Source: Escherichia coli (GTDB lineage: Bacteria; Pseudomonadota; Gammaproteobacteria; Enterobacterales; Enterobacteriaceae). Taken from it: a DNA stretch of 13,955 nucleotides. A program made the translations under genes and the position numbers. The notes beneath the pieces were generated by a model. That model ran no database searches and was not told the origin of the DNA. It saw nothing but the letters and a program-made list of their open reading frames with translations. Where the stretch lies: the NCBI RefSeq assembly GCF_003334765.1, contig NZ_QOWT01000055.1; one strand, 5' to 3'. Positions 1-7,314 of the stretch are shown one piece after another (position 1 is the first letter of the stretch; each line of letters opens with the position of its first letter).

Positions 1-453
1 CACCGGGGACATCAGCAGGTGCTGTTTGTGGTGACGCAGGCCGACAAAACGGAGCCCTGCCATGAATGGGATATGGCAGGTATTCAGCCTTCTCCCGCAC
101 AGGAACAGAACATTCGTGAGAAAACAGATGCGGTATTCCGGCTGTTCCGGCCCGTACATCCGGTTGTGGCCGTATCGGCCCGCACCGGCTGGGAACTGGA
201 TACGCTGGTCAGTGCGCTCATGACAGCACTTCCCGACCATGCCGCCAGTCCCCTGATGACCCGCCTGCAGGACGAGCTGCGCACGGAGTCTGTCCGGTCT
301 CAGGCCCGTGAACAGTTTACCGGTGCGGTGGACCGGATATTTGACACGGCGGAGAGCGTCTGCATTGCCTCTGTTGCACGCACGGTTCTGCGCGCCGTCC
401 GTGACTCGGTGGTCTCTGTTGCCCGCGCGGTATGGAACTGGATTTTCTTCTGA
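1..453 (+). CDS. yeeP: GTPase of the YeeP/YkfA/YfjP family, C-terminal part (5' end lies outside the window)
   Basis: Frame 1 is open from base 1 to the TGA at 451-453. The translation (HRGHQQVLFVVTQADKTEPCHEWD...) matches my memory of the CP4-island small GTPases, including a TQAD G4-like motif. The position upstream of the island cargo slot is as in K-12 CP4-44. Confidence 0.85.
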   Translation, partial: HRGHQQVLFVVTQADKTEPCHEWDMAGIQPSPAQEQNIREKTDAVFRLFRPVHPVVAVSARTGWELDTLVSALMTALPDHAASPLMTRLQDELRTESVRSQAREQFTGAVDRIFDTAESVCIASVARTVLRAVRDSVVSVARAVWNWIFF

Positions 454-540
454 ACCCGGTGGTGATGTACCAGGCTGTTGTTACAGATTTTTAACTCCAT
501 GAAAACACTATGCAAACGCAGCCATACCCGGGTTGTCCCC

Positions 541-569
541 TTGCGTTGTGTTTCTCAAGTTAATAGAAT
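541..569 (+). promoter_or_regulatory. Sigma70-type promoter candidate: -35 TTGCGT (541-546), 17-bp spacer, -10 TAGAAT (564-569)
   Basis: Read directly from the sequence: 4/6 and 5/6 matches to TTGACA/TATAAT with optimal 17-bp spacing. It lies about 100 bp upstream of the ATG at 671. The predicted start site is around 576. Confidence 0.6.
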
Positions 570-571
570 AC

Positions 572-613
572 ATCGATCGTTACTATCATATCGATCGTTA
601 TAAACGATCGTTT
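572..613. promoter_or_regulatory. Cluster of three GATC-containing boxes (CGATCGTT at 574-581, 592-599, 605-612) with OxyR-like tetranucleotide periodicity; putative Dam/OxyR phase-variation operator
   Basis: GATC occurs at 575-578, 593-596 and 606-609. The 11-mer ATCGATCGTTA is repeated at 572-582 and 590-600. A perfect 12-bp palindrome AAACGATCGTTT lies at 602-613. ATCG-N7-CTAT-N7-ATCG-N7-CGAT (572-608) matches the OxyR consensus ATAG-N7-CTAT-N7-ATAG-N7-CTAT at 13/16 defined positions. Confidence 0.6.
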
Positions 614-670
614 GTAGTAAATGACCTCCTCCGTGGTTGTCATGAAAATGCGTCTTAGGAAGGTTAAATA

Positions 671-3067
671 ATGCACGAAAAGAACATCGCCCTGCTTTGT
701 GATGAAGCCGACCGACTTTTGCAACTGAACATTAATCTGCTCCGGCAAATGGTTGAGGAGCCAGATGTGTTATCTGACAGTAAGAACGAAAACAGACTGC
801 TTTTTGATAAACAGAAAGCACTGAAAAGAATTGAGGAGCTGGAGGGCGAACAAATCAAAACCGCCCGCAGGGAGATGGTGCTGGCTGTTGTCGGCACGAT
901 GAAAGCAGGCAAATCAACCACCATCAATGCCATTGTGGGGCAGGAAATTCTGCCTAACCGTAACCGCCCCATGACCTCTGTACCGACGCTCATCCGCCAC
1001 GTTCCCGGAAAAACTGAGCCGGTTCTCCATCTGGAACATATTCAGCCTGTCCGCAATTTATTAATCACACTGCAGGAAAAACTCGCCACCCCGGCAGGAC
1101 AGCAGGTCGCACAGACCCTGCAGCAAACCGGGGATACCCGCGAACTGCTGGATATTCTGACGGATGATGGCTGGCTCAAAAATGAATACCACGGGGAGGA
1201 GGAAATCTTTACCGGACTGGCATCGTTAAACGATCTGGTTCGTCTTGCTGCGGCAATGGGGACTGAATTTCCTTTTGATGAATACGCAGAAGTGCAGAAA
1301 CTGCCGGTGATCGACGTGGAATTCAGCCATCTGGTGGGGATGGATGCATGCCAGGGAACACTCACACTGCTGGATACCCCCGGCCCTAATGAGGCCGGAC
1401 AACCGCAGATGGAAGTGATGATGCGGGATCAACTGCAGAAAGCCTCTGCGGTTCTGGCTGTGATGGATTACACCCAGATGAACTCAAAAGCGGATGAAGA
1501 CGTCCGTAAAGAGCTTAATGCCATTGCTGACGTATCAGCCGGCCGCCTGTTTGTACTGGTCAATAAATTTGATGAGAAAGACCGCAATGGCGATGGGGCA
1601 GATGCCGTACGCCAGAAAGTTCCGGCAATGCTGAACAGCGATGTGCTGCCCGCCTCCCGCGTTTATCCCGGATCCTCACGCCAGGCATACCTGGCTAACC
1701 GTGCGCTTCATGAGTTACGGAAAAACGGAACCCTTCCTGTTGATGAAGCCTGGGTCGATGATTTTATCAGAGGTGCCTTCGGTTGCATGAAAAAAGAATA
1801 CGTCTGTAAAGACAGTGAACTGGCAACTGAAGGGGCGACAGACCTGTGGGAAGGCTCACTTATCGATCAACTGATAACGGAAGTCATACAGAGCTCACAT
1901 TCCAGAGCTGCGGCACTGGCGGTTGACTCTGCCGCCGCAAAACTGATGCAGAATGCAGAAAATATCAGTGAATACCTGTTGTTACGCCATCAGGGGCTAC
2001 AGCAAAGCATTCAGTCACTGCAGTCGCATATCACCAGCCTGCTTGCGGATATCCGGGAAATCGCGGACTGTCAGGAGCAGATGACCACTGATGTCAGAAT
2101 GGCCATGGAGGAGATCGATACTAAAACCCGGGAATTACTGACGGGGGTCTGCACCTCACTGGAAGAGGAGCTGAATGACTATTTCAGAAGCGGTAAACGC
2201 AAAGAACAGCAAATGCTGGAGGAAGAAGACGCAGAACAACGAAGGTCTCAGTCCGGATTATGGGGGAAAATTTCTCAATGGTCCGGTATCAACAACCAGG
2301 GCCGGGAGGATTACAGGAAACGAGATTTTGCCCCGGACAGCCCCGAAATAAAATTCAGTGATCGCAGGGAAGCCCTTGAACTGATGACGCAAATCGAATC
2401 GACCGTGACCAGCCTGCACCGTGAGGCTGAAGCACAGTTCCGGCCTGAGCTGGAGAAAATCGTCAGCGGGATTGAAACAGGTTTTCGTGGCACGGCCCTG
2501 TACGCCACAGAAAACATTGCCGGTCGCATCAATGCCCGCCTGGAGGATGAGGGCTTTACCGTAAAAATCAGTTTTCCGGCAGTCAGCCAGTTACAGACCC
2601 GGCTCGCGGTAAAAATAAATCTGAGTGCGCTTATGGAGGAAAGAACGGAGACCGTCACCCGTCGCCGTCGGCAGAGTGGCGTATGGGGAACCGTTTGTCG
2701 ATGGTTTGGCACCAGTGACCTGGGCTGGGAAAACTATGACGAGGATGTGAGTCGCAGCGTGATCAATATCAACAAGGTCAGAGAGGAAGTTATGTCACTG
2801 ACCCGGGCATATTTCGGGGAGCTGCAGGCATCCATTGAGCAGGATATTAACCAGCCCGTCCGCCAGGAAATCGATGCCTTTTTCTGCGCATTCAGGGAGA
2901 AAGTTGAACAACTGCGTAACACGCTGATTCAGAGCTCTGAGGATCATAAACGCGATCAGCAGGCGCAGGAACGACTTACCGGGCGACTTCAGGCATTAAA
3001 TGAAAGGGTTCCTGAGCTCATTACTGACAGTAAGGCGCTGAGGGAAGAGCTGGAGACAATGCTGTGA
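671..3067 (+). CDS. Bacterial dynamin-like GTPase, paralogue of CrfC/RdcA (YjdA), 798 aa
   Basis: Long ORF with an AGGAAGG Shine-Dalgarno at 656-662. G1 GTMKAGKST is at aa 75-83 (nt 893-919), G3 DTPG at aa 235-238 and G4 NKFD at aa 298-301. The N-terminal GTPase region (LAVVGTMKAGKSTTINAIVGQEILPNRNRPMT...) closely resembles E. coli CrfC as I remember it. A long helical stalk and a C-terminal coiled coil follow. Confidence 0.9.
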   Translation: MHEKNIALLCDEADRLLQLNINLLRQMVEEPDVLSDSKNENRLLFDKQKALKRIEELEGEQIKTARREMVLAVVGTMKAGKSTTINAIVGQEILPNRNRPMTSVPTLIRHVPGKTEPVLHLEHIQPVRNLLITLQEKLATPAGQQVAQTLQQTGDTRELLDILTDDGWLKNEYHGEEEIFTGLASLNDLVRLAAAMGTEFPFDEYAEVQKLPVIDVEFSHLVGMDACQGTLTLLDTPGPNEAGQPQMEVMMRDQLQKASAVLAVMDYTQMNSKADEDVRKELNAIADVSAGRLFVLVNKFDEKDRNGDGADAVRQKVPAMLNSDVLPASRVYPGSSRQAYLANRALHELRKNGTLPVDEAWVDDFIRGAFGCMKKEYVCKDSELATEGATDLWEGSLIDQLITEVIQSSHSRAAALAVDSAAAKLMQNAENISEYLLLRHQGLQQSIQSLQSHITSLLADIREIADCQEQMTTDVRMAMEEIDTKTRELLTGVCTSLEEELNDYFRSGKRKEQQMLEEEDAEQRRSQSGLWGKISQWSGINNQGREDYRKRDFAPDSPEIKFSDRREALELMTQIESTVTSLHREAEAQFRPELEKIVSGIETGFRGTALYATENIAGRINARLEDEGFTVKISFPAVSQLQTRLAVKINLSALMEERTETVTRRRRQSGVWGTVCRWFGTSDLGWENYDEDVSRSVININKVREEVMSLTRAYFGELQASIEQDINQPVRQEIDAFFCAFREKVEQLRNTLIQSSEDHKRDQQAQERLTGRLQALNERVPELITDSKALREELETML

Positions 3068-4467
3068 CTTCACCATTTATTCAACAAATTGCTGATAACC
3101 GGGTATGTCAGGTACTCACCTGTCTTCCTGAAAAATTTGTGGTTGATTTCGCAAACGGAATCGATGTTGCACAGGAGCATATCCGCACGGCCGGAGAGCG
3201 CACGTTCTTCCGGCGTTTAAAAGAGGGGCTGACCGGCGAAGGCGCTGCACGGCAGAATGCCATCAATGCGTCGCTTGCACAGGGCGTTGAGGCGTCCCTG
3301 CGCTGGCTGACGGAGATGACAACGTCACTTGCCACCACAAACTACGCGATTACCCAGGTAAACGACAGGGTCAGTTCACTGGTCAGTGATACAGCCAGGC
3401 TGGCGCATTATTCCGCAGATACGCGGGAGCAGTTACTCACCCTGGCCGATCAGGTTCACCATAAACTGAATCATCTTGAAGAAAAACTCCACCGTGTTGA
3501 CCAGGTTCAGCGGGCGCAGTTACATCTTGAGCAGATATTCTCATGGTGGAGCGCCGGGCGATATGCGTCATTTTCCCCTGCCGGACGTTGTTATGTGGCA
3601 CTTGAAGAGCTTCGCTGGGGCGCGTTTGGTGATGTGATACGTCAGGGCGAAACAGGCCAGGTTAACCAGCTACTGGATATTCTCAGACATAAAGCATTAA
3701 CGCAGATGGCACAGGAGAGTGGCGGTAGTGCAACCGTGCGTCTGAACACTCTGGACTGGCTTGGTGGTCAGGGCCGGGAGCAGGCAGATAACGAGTGGCA
3801 TGACGCGATTAACTGGCTGGGAGACTGGTGCAGTGAAGAGCAGCATCCGGTGACCCGTGTGCGCGACCCGGGCCGCCGGGGATACACAAAACACATGCTG
3901 CGTCTGCGGCGGGCCGGAGAGATAAACGGAGAACATGTCCCTGAAATTATTCTGCTCAACTCTCATGACGGTACCTCCAGCTACCAGATGCTGCCGGGTT
4001 ACTTCAGGTTCGTCTGCCAGAACGGGTGCGTCTGTGGCCAGTCTCTGGGGGAAGTGCGTGTTCCACACCGGGGAAATGTAGTGGAGAAAGTTATCGAAGG
4101 GGCTTACGAGGTGGTGGGCGTGTTTGACCGGATAGAGGAGAAGCGTGATGCCATGCAGTCGCTGGTCCTGCCGCCACCGGCACGCCAGGCGCTGGCACAG
4201 GCGGCACTGACTTACCGTTATGGTGACGAACATCAGCCCGTCACCACCGCCGACATTCTGACGCCGCGACGCCGGGAGGATTACGGTAAGGACCTGTGGA
4301 GCGCATATCAGACCATCCAGGAGAATATGCTGAAAGGCGGGATTTCCGGTCGCAGTGCAAAAGGAAAACGTATCCATACCCGGGCCATTCACAGCATTGA
4401 TACCGACATTAAGCTCAATCGCGCATTGTGGGTGATGGCAGAAACGATGCTGGAGAGCCTGCGCTGA
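3064..4467 (+). CDS. Chimeric ORF: RdcB/YjcZ-like dynamin-partner domain (aa 1-263) fused in frame to the C-terminal ~204 aa of a DUF932 protein (YfjQ/YafZ family)
   Basis: The GTG start overlaps the upstream stop as GTGA (3064-3067), implying translational coupling. From nt ~3853 (TRVRDPGRRGYTKHMLRLRRAGE...WVMAETMLESLR) the translation matches the YfjQ/YafZ family from about residue 70 to the end, as I recall it. The N-terminal part is coiled-coil rich (RQNAINASL..., YSADTREQL...) like the YjcZ partner encoded next to crfC. Confidence 0.8.
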   Translation: MTSPFIQQIADNRVCQVLTCLPEKFVVDFANGIDVAQEHIRTAGERTFFRRLKEGLTGEGAARQNAINASLAQGVEASLRWLTEMTTSLATTNYAITQVNDRVSSLVSDTARLAHYSADTREQLLTLADQVHHKLNHLEEKLHRVDQVQRAQLHLEQIFSWWSAGRYASFSPAGRCYVALEELRWGAFGDVIRQGETGQVNQLLDILRHKALTQMAQESGGSATVRLNTLDWLGGQGREQADNEWHDAINWLGDWCSEEQHPVTRVRDPGRRGYTKHMLRLRRAGEINGEHVPEIILLNSHDGTSSYQMLPGYFRFVCQNGCVCGQSLGEVRVPHRGNVVEKVIEGAYEVVGVFDRIEEKRDAMQSLVLPPPARQALAQAALTYRYGDEHQPVTTADILTPRRREDYGKDLWSAYQTIQENMLKGGISGRSAKGKRIHTRAIHSIDTDIKLNRALWVMAETMLESLR

Positions 4468-4548
4468 TGCCGTTTCCCTGAGTGAGGGAATCATTCAGCT
4501 TTCGTTCCTGAAAAACACACATTTATTTGTTATTTAAGGAGTTATCTC

Positions 4549-5028
4549 ATGAAAACCGTTTCTCAGAATACCCCCACAATTTATTCAGCTACAACACCAG
4601 AGAATAATCCGCCTCAGTTGGTTGCCAGCCTCGTCCCTGATGAACAGCGCATCAGCTTCTGGCCGCAGCATTTTGGCCTCATTCCACAGTGGGTGACCCT
4701 GGAGCCCCGTGTCTTCGGCTGGATGGACCGTCTGTGCGAAGACTACTGCGGTGGTATCTGGAATCTGTACACCCTGAACAACGGCGGGGCATTTATGGCA
4801 CCCGAACCGGATGACGATGATGGCGAAAACTGGGTACTGTTCAATGCCATGAACGGTAACCGCGCTGAAATGAGCCCGGAAGCCGCCGGCATTGCCGCCT
4901 GTCTGATGACGTACAGTCATCATGCCTGTCGTACGGAGTGTTATGCCATGACGGTCCATTATTACCGGCTGCGGGATTACGCCCTGCAGCATCCGGAATG
5001 CAGCGCCATTATGCGCATCATCGACTGA
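4549..5028 (+). CDS. Antirestriction protein (YfjX/YafX family, ArdB/KlcA-like)
   Basis: 159-aa ORF with an AAGGAG Shine-Dalgarno at 4536-4541. The sequence and its position between DUF932 and the RadC-like gene are typical of CP4-type islands. Confidence 0.85.
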   Translation: MKTVSQNTPTIYSATTPENNPPQLVASLVPDEQRISFWPQHFGLIPQWVTLEPRVFGWMDRLCEDYCGGIWNLYTLNNGGAFMAPEPDDDDGENWVLFNAMNGNRAEMSPEAAGIAACLMTYSHHACRTECYAMTVHYYRLRDYALQHPECSAIMRIID

Positions 5029-5043
5029 ATGGAGGCAGGGACA

Positions 5044-5520
5044 ATGCAACAACTTTCCTTTCTGCCCGGAGAGATGACGCCCGGCGAGCGCAGCCTCATT
5101 CAACGGGCCCTGAAAACCCTGGACCGCCATCTTCATGAACCCGGCGTGGCCTTCACCTCCACCCGTGCAGCACGGGAATGGCTGATTCTGAACATGGCGG
5201 GACTGGAGCGTGAAGAATTCCGGGTGCTGTATCTGAATAACCAGAATCAACTGATTGCCGGTGAAACCCTCTTTACCGGCACCATCAACCGCACGGAAGT
5301 CCATCCCCGGGAAGTGATTAAACGCGCCCTGTACCACAATGCCGCTGCCGTGGTACTGGCACACAATCACCCGTCCGGTGAAGTCACACCCAGTAAGGCA
5401 GACCGGCTTATCACCGAACGTCTGGTACAGGCACTGGGCCTGGTGGATATCCGGGTGCCGGACCATCTGATAGTCGGTGGCAACCAGGTTTTCTCCTTTG
5501 CCGAACATGGTCTGCTTTAA
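5044..5520 (+). CDS. yeeS: RadC-like JAB/MPN domain protein (YeeS/YkfG/YfjY family)
   Basis: JAMM-type motif HNHPSGEVTPSKAD. GGAGG at 5031-5035 lies 8 nt before the ATG at 5044 (MQQLSFLPGE..., the N-terminus I remember for this family). The ORF track's earlier ATG at 5029 is an alternative start. Confidence 0.9.
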   Translation: MQQLSFLPGEMTPGERSLIQRALKTLDRHLHEPGVAFTSTRAAREWLILNMAGLEREEFRVLYLNNQNQLIAGETLFTGTINRTEVHPREVIKRALYHNAAAVVLAHNHPSGEVTPSKADRLITERLVQALGLVDIRVPDHLIVGGNQVFSFAEHGLL

Positions 5521-5582
5521 CCCGTCACAACCACATCACACCTGTTTTCACTTTTATCTTCTGTCTTCAGAGGTATCCCATT

Positions 5583-5804
5583 ATGAAAATTATCACCCGT
5601 GGTGAAGCCATGCGTATTCACCAACAACATCCGACATCCCGTCTTTTTCCGTTCTGTACCGGTAAATACCGCTGGCACGGCAGTGCTGAAGCGTATACCG
5701 GTCGTGAAGTGCAGGATATTCCCGGTGTGCTGGCCGTGTTTGCTGAACGCCGTAAGGACAGTTTTGGTCCGTATGTCCGGCTGATGAGCGTCACCCTGAA
5801 CTGA
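5583..5804 (+). CDS. yeeT: DUF987 protein YeeT
   Basis: The 73-aa ORF (MKIITRGEAMRIHQQHPTSRLFPFCTGKYRWHG...) matches K-12 YeeT/YkfH family length and sequence from memory. Its position is conserved. Confidence 0.9.
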   Translation: MKIITRGEAMRIHQQHPTSRLFPFCTGKYRWHGSAEAYTGREVQDIPGVLAVFAERRKDSFGPYVRLMSVTLN

Positions 5805-5877
5805 GTGGGAATTCTGATGAGCAGAATTATCGCCACTACCGGACCATTCTTAGCCGATTTTCTGTAAGGATTTTATC

Positions 5878-6246
5878 GTGTCAGACACACTCCCCGGGAC
5901 AACACTTCCCGACGACAATCACGACCGCCCCTGGTGGGGGCTGCCCTGCACCGTGACGCCCTGTTTCGGGGCACGTCTGGTGCAGGAGGGTAACCGGTTG
6001 CATTACCTTGCCGACCGCGCCGGTATCAGAGGCCTGTTCAGCGATGCAGATGCGTACCACCTGGACCAGGCCTTTCCGCTGCTGATGAAACAACTGGAAC
6101 TCGTGCTCACCAGCGGTGAACTGAATCCCCGCCATCAGCATACCGTCACGCTGTATGCAAAAGGGCTGACCTGCAAAGCCGATACCCTCAGCAGTTGTGG
6201 TTACGTTTATCTGGCTGTTTATCCGACGCCCGAAATGAAAAATTAA
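5878..6246 (+). CDS. cbeA: Type IV antitoxin CbeA (YeeU)
   Basis: 122 aa with a GTG start and an AAGGA Shine-Dalgarno at 5866-5870. The sequence is near-identical to K-12 CbeA as recalled (SDTLPGTTLPDDNHDRPWWGLPCTVTPCFGARLVQEGNRLHYLADRAG...). Confidence 0.95.
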   Translation: MSDTLPGTTLPDDNHDRPWWGLPCTVTPCFGARLVQEGNRLHYLADRAGIRGLFSDADAYHLDQAFPLLMKQLELVLTSGELNPRHQHTVTLYAKGLTCKADTLSSCGYVYLAVYPTPEMKN

Positions 6247-6334
6247 CTCTCCAGAATAGCCTTCTGCTACGGCCTGGTGTTTTCACCACGCCACTTTTCC
6301 ATTTTTATATCTGCATATCAGGAAAATCTTCAGT

Positions 6335-6709
6335 ATGAAAACATTACCTGTATTACCCGGGCAGGCGACCAGTTCTCGCCCGTCTCCTGTTGAAATCTGG
6401 CAGATACTGCTGTCCCGACTGCTGGACCAGCACTATGGCCTCACACTGAATGACACACCTTTTGCCGATGAACGTGTGATTGAGCAGCATATTGAGGCAG
6501 GCATTTCACTGTGTGATGCGGTGAACTTTCTCGTGGAAAAATACGCGCTGGTGCGTACCGACCAGCCGGGATTCAGCGCCTGTACCCGCTCTCAGTTAAT
6601 AAACAGCATCGATATCCTCCGGGCTCGCAGGGCGACCGGCCTGATGACCCGCGACAATTACAGAACGGTAAATAACATTACCCTGGGTAAGTATCCGGAG
6701 GCGAAATGA
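6335..6709 (+). CDS. cbtA: Type IV toxin CbtA (YeeV), inhibitor of FtsZ/MreB polymerisation
   Basis: 124 aa (MKTLPVLPGQATSSRPSPVEIWQILLSRLLDQHYGLTLNDTPF...), near-identical to K-12 CbtA as recalled. It lies immediately downstream of cbeA. Confidence 0.95.
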   Translation: MKTLPVLPGQATSSRPSPVEIWQILLSRLLDQHYGLTLNDTPFADERVIEQHIEAGISLCDAVNFLVEKYALVRTDQPGFSACTRSQLINSIDILRARRATGLMTRDNYRTVNNITLGKYPEAK

Positions 6710-6900
6710 TGACACTGGAAGCCGACAGCGTTAACGTACAGGCGCTGGATATGGGGCACATTGTCGTTGACATTGATGGTGTTAATATCACTGAACTGAT
6801 TAATAAGGCCGCTGAAAAAGGTTATTCACTCCGCGTGGTGGATGACCGTGACTCTACCGAAACACCGGCAACTTATGCCAGCCCTCACCAGTTGCTGTAA
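6706..6900 (+). CDS. yeeW: YeeW-family small protein
   Basis: 64-aa ORF whose start overlaps the cbtA stop as ATGA (6706-6709). It matches K-12 YeeW/YpjJ family length and position. Confidence 0.8.
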   Translation: MMTLEADSVNVQALDMGHIVVDIDGVNITELINKAAEKGYSLRVVDDRDSTETPATYASPHQLL

Positions 6901-7055
6901 GACAATGCAGTGATGCAGGGTATAGTGCCATTAACCACAGAAACAGCACTGTTGTCCTGTATTAAGCAGGCAAGAGAAGATGTCCTTACCCTGCGCCATC
7001 TGCAGCTTCTGCACCAGAACCGGTGAATCTCACTCAACAGGCTTCATTTCCCCTG

Positions 7056-7085
7056 ACGCCAGCCTGAATACAGCTGGCGTTTTCA
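7056..7085 (+). terminator. Rho-independent terminator candidate
   Basis: Perfect 8-bp stem ACGCCAGC (7056-7063) / GCTGGCGT (7073-7080) with a 9-nt loop, followed by TTTCATTT. Confidence 0.6.
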
Positions 7086-7184
7086 TTTATAAACAGAAAG
7101 GAAAACCGATAATAATGGAATGGACGCCCCGACCATGAAGCAACGGTAGGATATTACTGATAAACCTTCCAGTGGAGGTGCGTT

Positions 7185-7265
7185 ATGGCCGTTTTAACGA
7201 TTAGCATTGACCTGACAAAAAATGAATTCCAAATCCACGGTCTGGGTAGGAACAGAAAAATCTAA
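7185..7265 (+). mobile_element. N-terminal remnant (26 codons) of an IS110/IS1111-family (DEDD) transposase
   Basis: GGAGG at 7174-7178, then MAVLTISIDLTKNEFQIHGLGRNRKI*. The I(G/S)IDL(G/T)KN.F.IH pattern is the typical N-terminus of IS110/IS1111 transposases. The ORF stops after 26 codons. Confidence 0.55.
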
Positions 7266-7314
7266 GCTCAGAAAACGGATTAAAGTAAGCGTCAACGGAG
7301 CACCGTATTGACGC

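Noticed and set aside
454-670. Possible IsrC-like small RNA (K-12 annotates isrC between yeeP and flu)
   Set aside because: I cannot recall the IsrC sequence well enough to align it. The leader here is shorter (~95 nt from the predicted start site to the ATG) and ends at a different gene. No clear intrinsic terminator is visible before 671.
664-2712. Several 60-133-aa minus-strand ORFs inside the dynamin gene (664-993, 1042-1365, 1226-1432, 2311-2712)
   Set aside because: They are shadow ORFs opposite a long gene with clear GTPase motifs. Their translations are Ser/Arg/Cys-rich with no motifs.
3697-4494. 265-aa ORF on the minus strand
   Set aside because: It is antisense to the DUF932-derived part of the 467-aa ORF, whose sense-strand translation matches a known family. 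No independent support.
5029-5043. Upstream ATG (5029) as the RadC-like gene start, abutting the antirestriction stop
   Set aside because: The ATG at 5044 has a GGAGG at ideal spacing and gives the family-typical N-terminus MQQLSF... The 5029 start remains possible but less likely.
4585-5508. 307-aa ORF on the minus strand
   Set aside because: It is entirely antisense to the well-supported antirestriction and RadC-like genes. It has no convincing ribosome-binding site, and the translation is low-complexity (G/H/Q/P-rich) with no recognisable family. It looks like a shadow ORF in relatively GC-rich coding DNA.
6913-7026. 37-codon ORF downstream of yeeW (MQGIVPLTTETALLSCIKQAREDVLTLRHLQLLHQNR*), followed by the terminator at 7056
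   Set aside because: I recognise no family and it has no clear Shine-Dalgarno. It may be a remnant of a larger island gene. Evidence is insufficient to call it.
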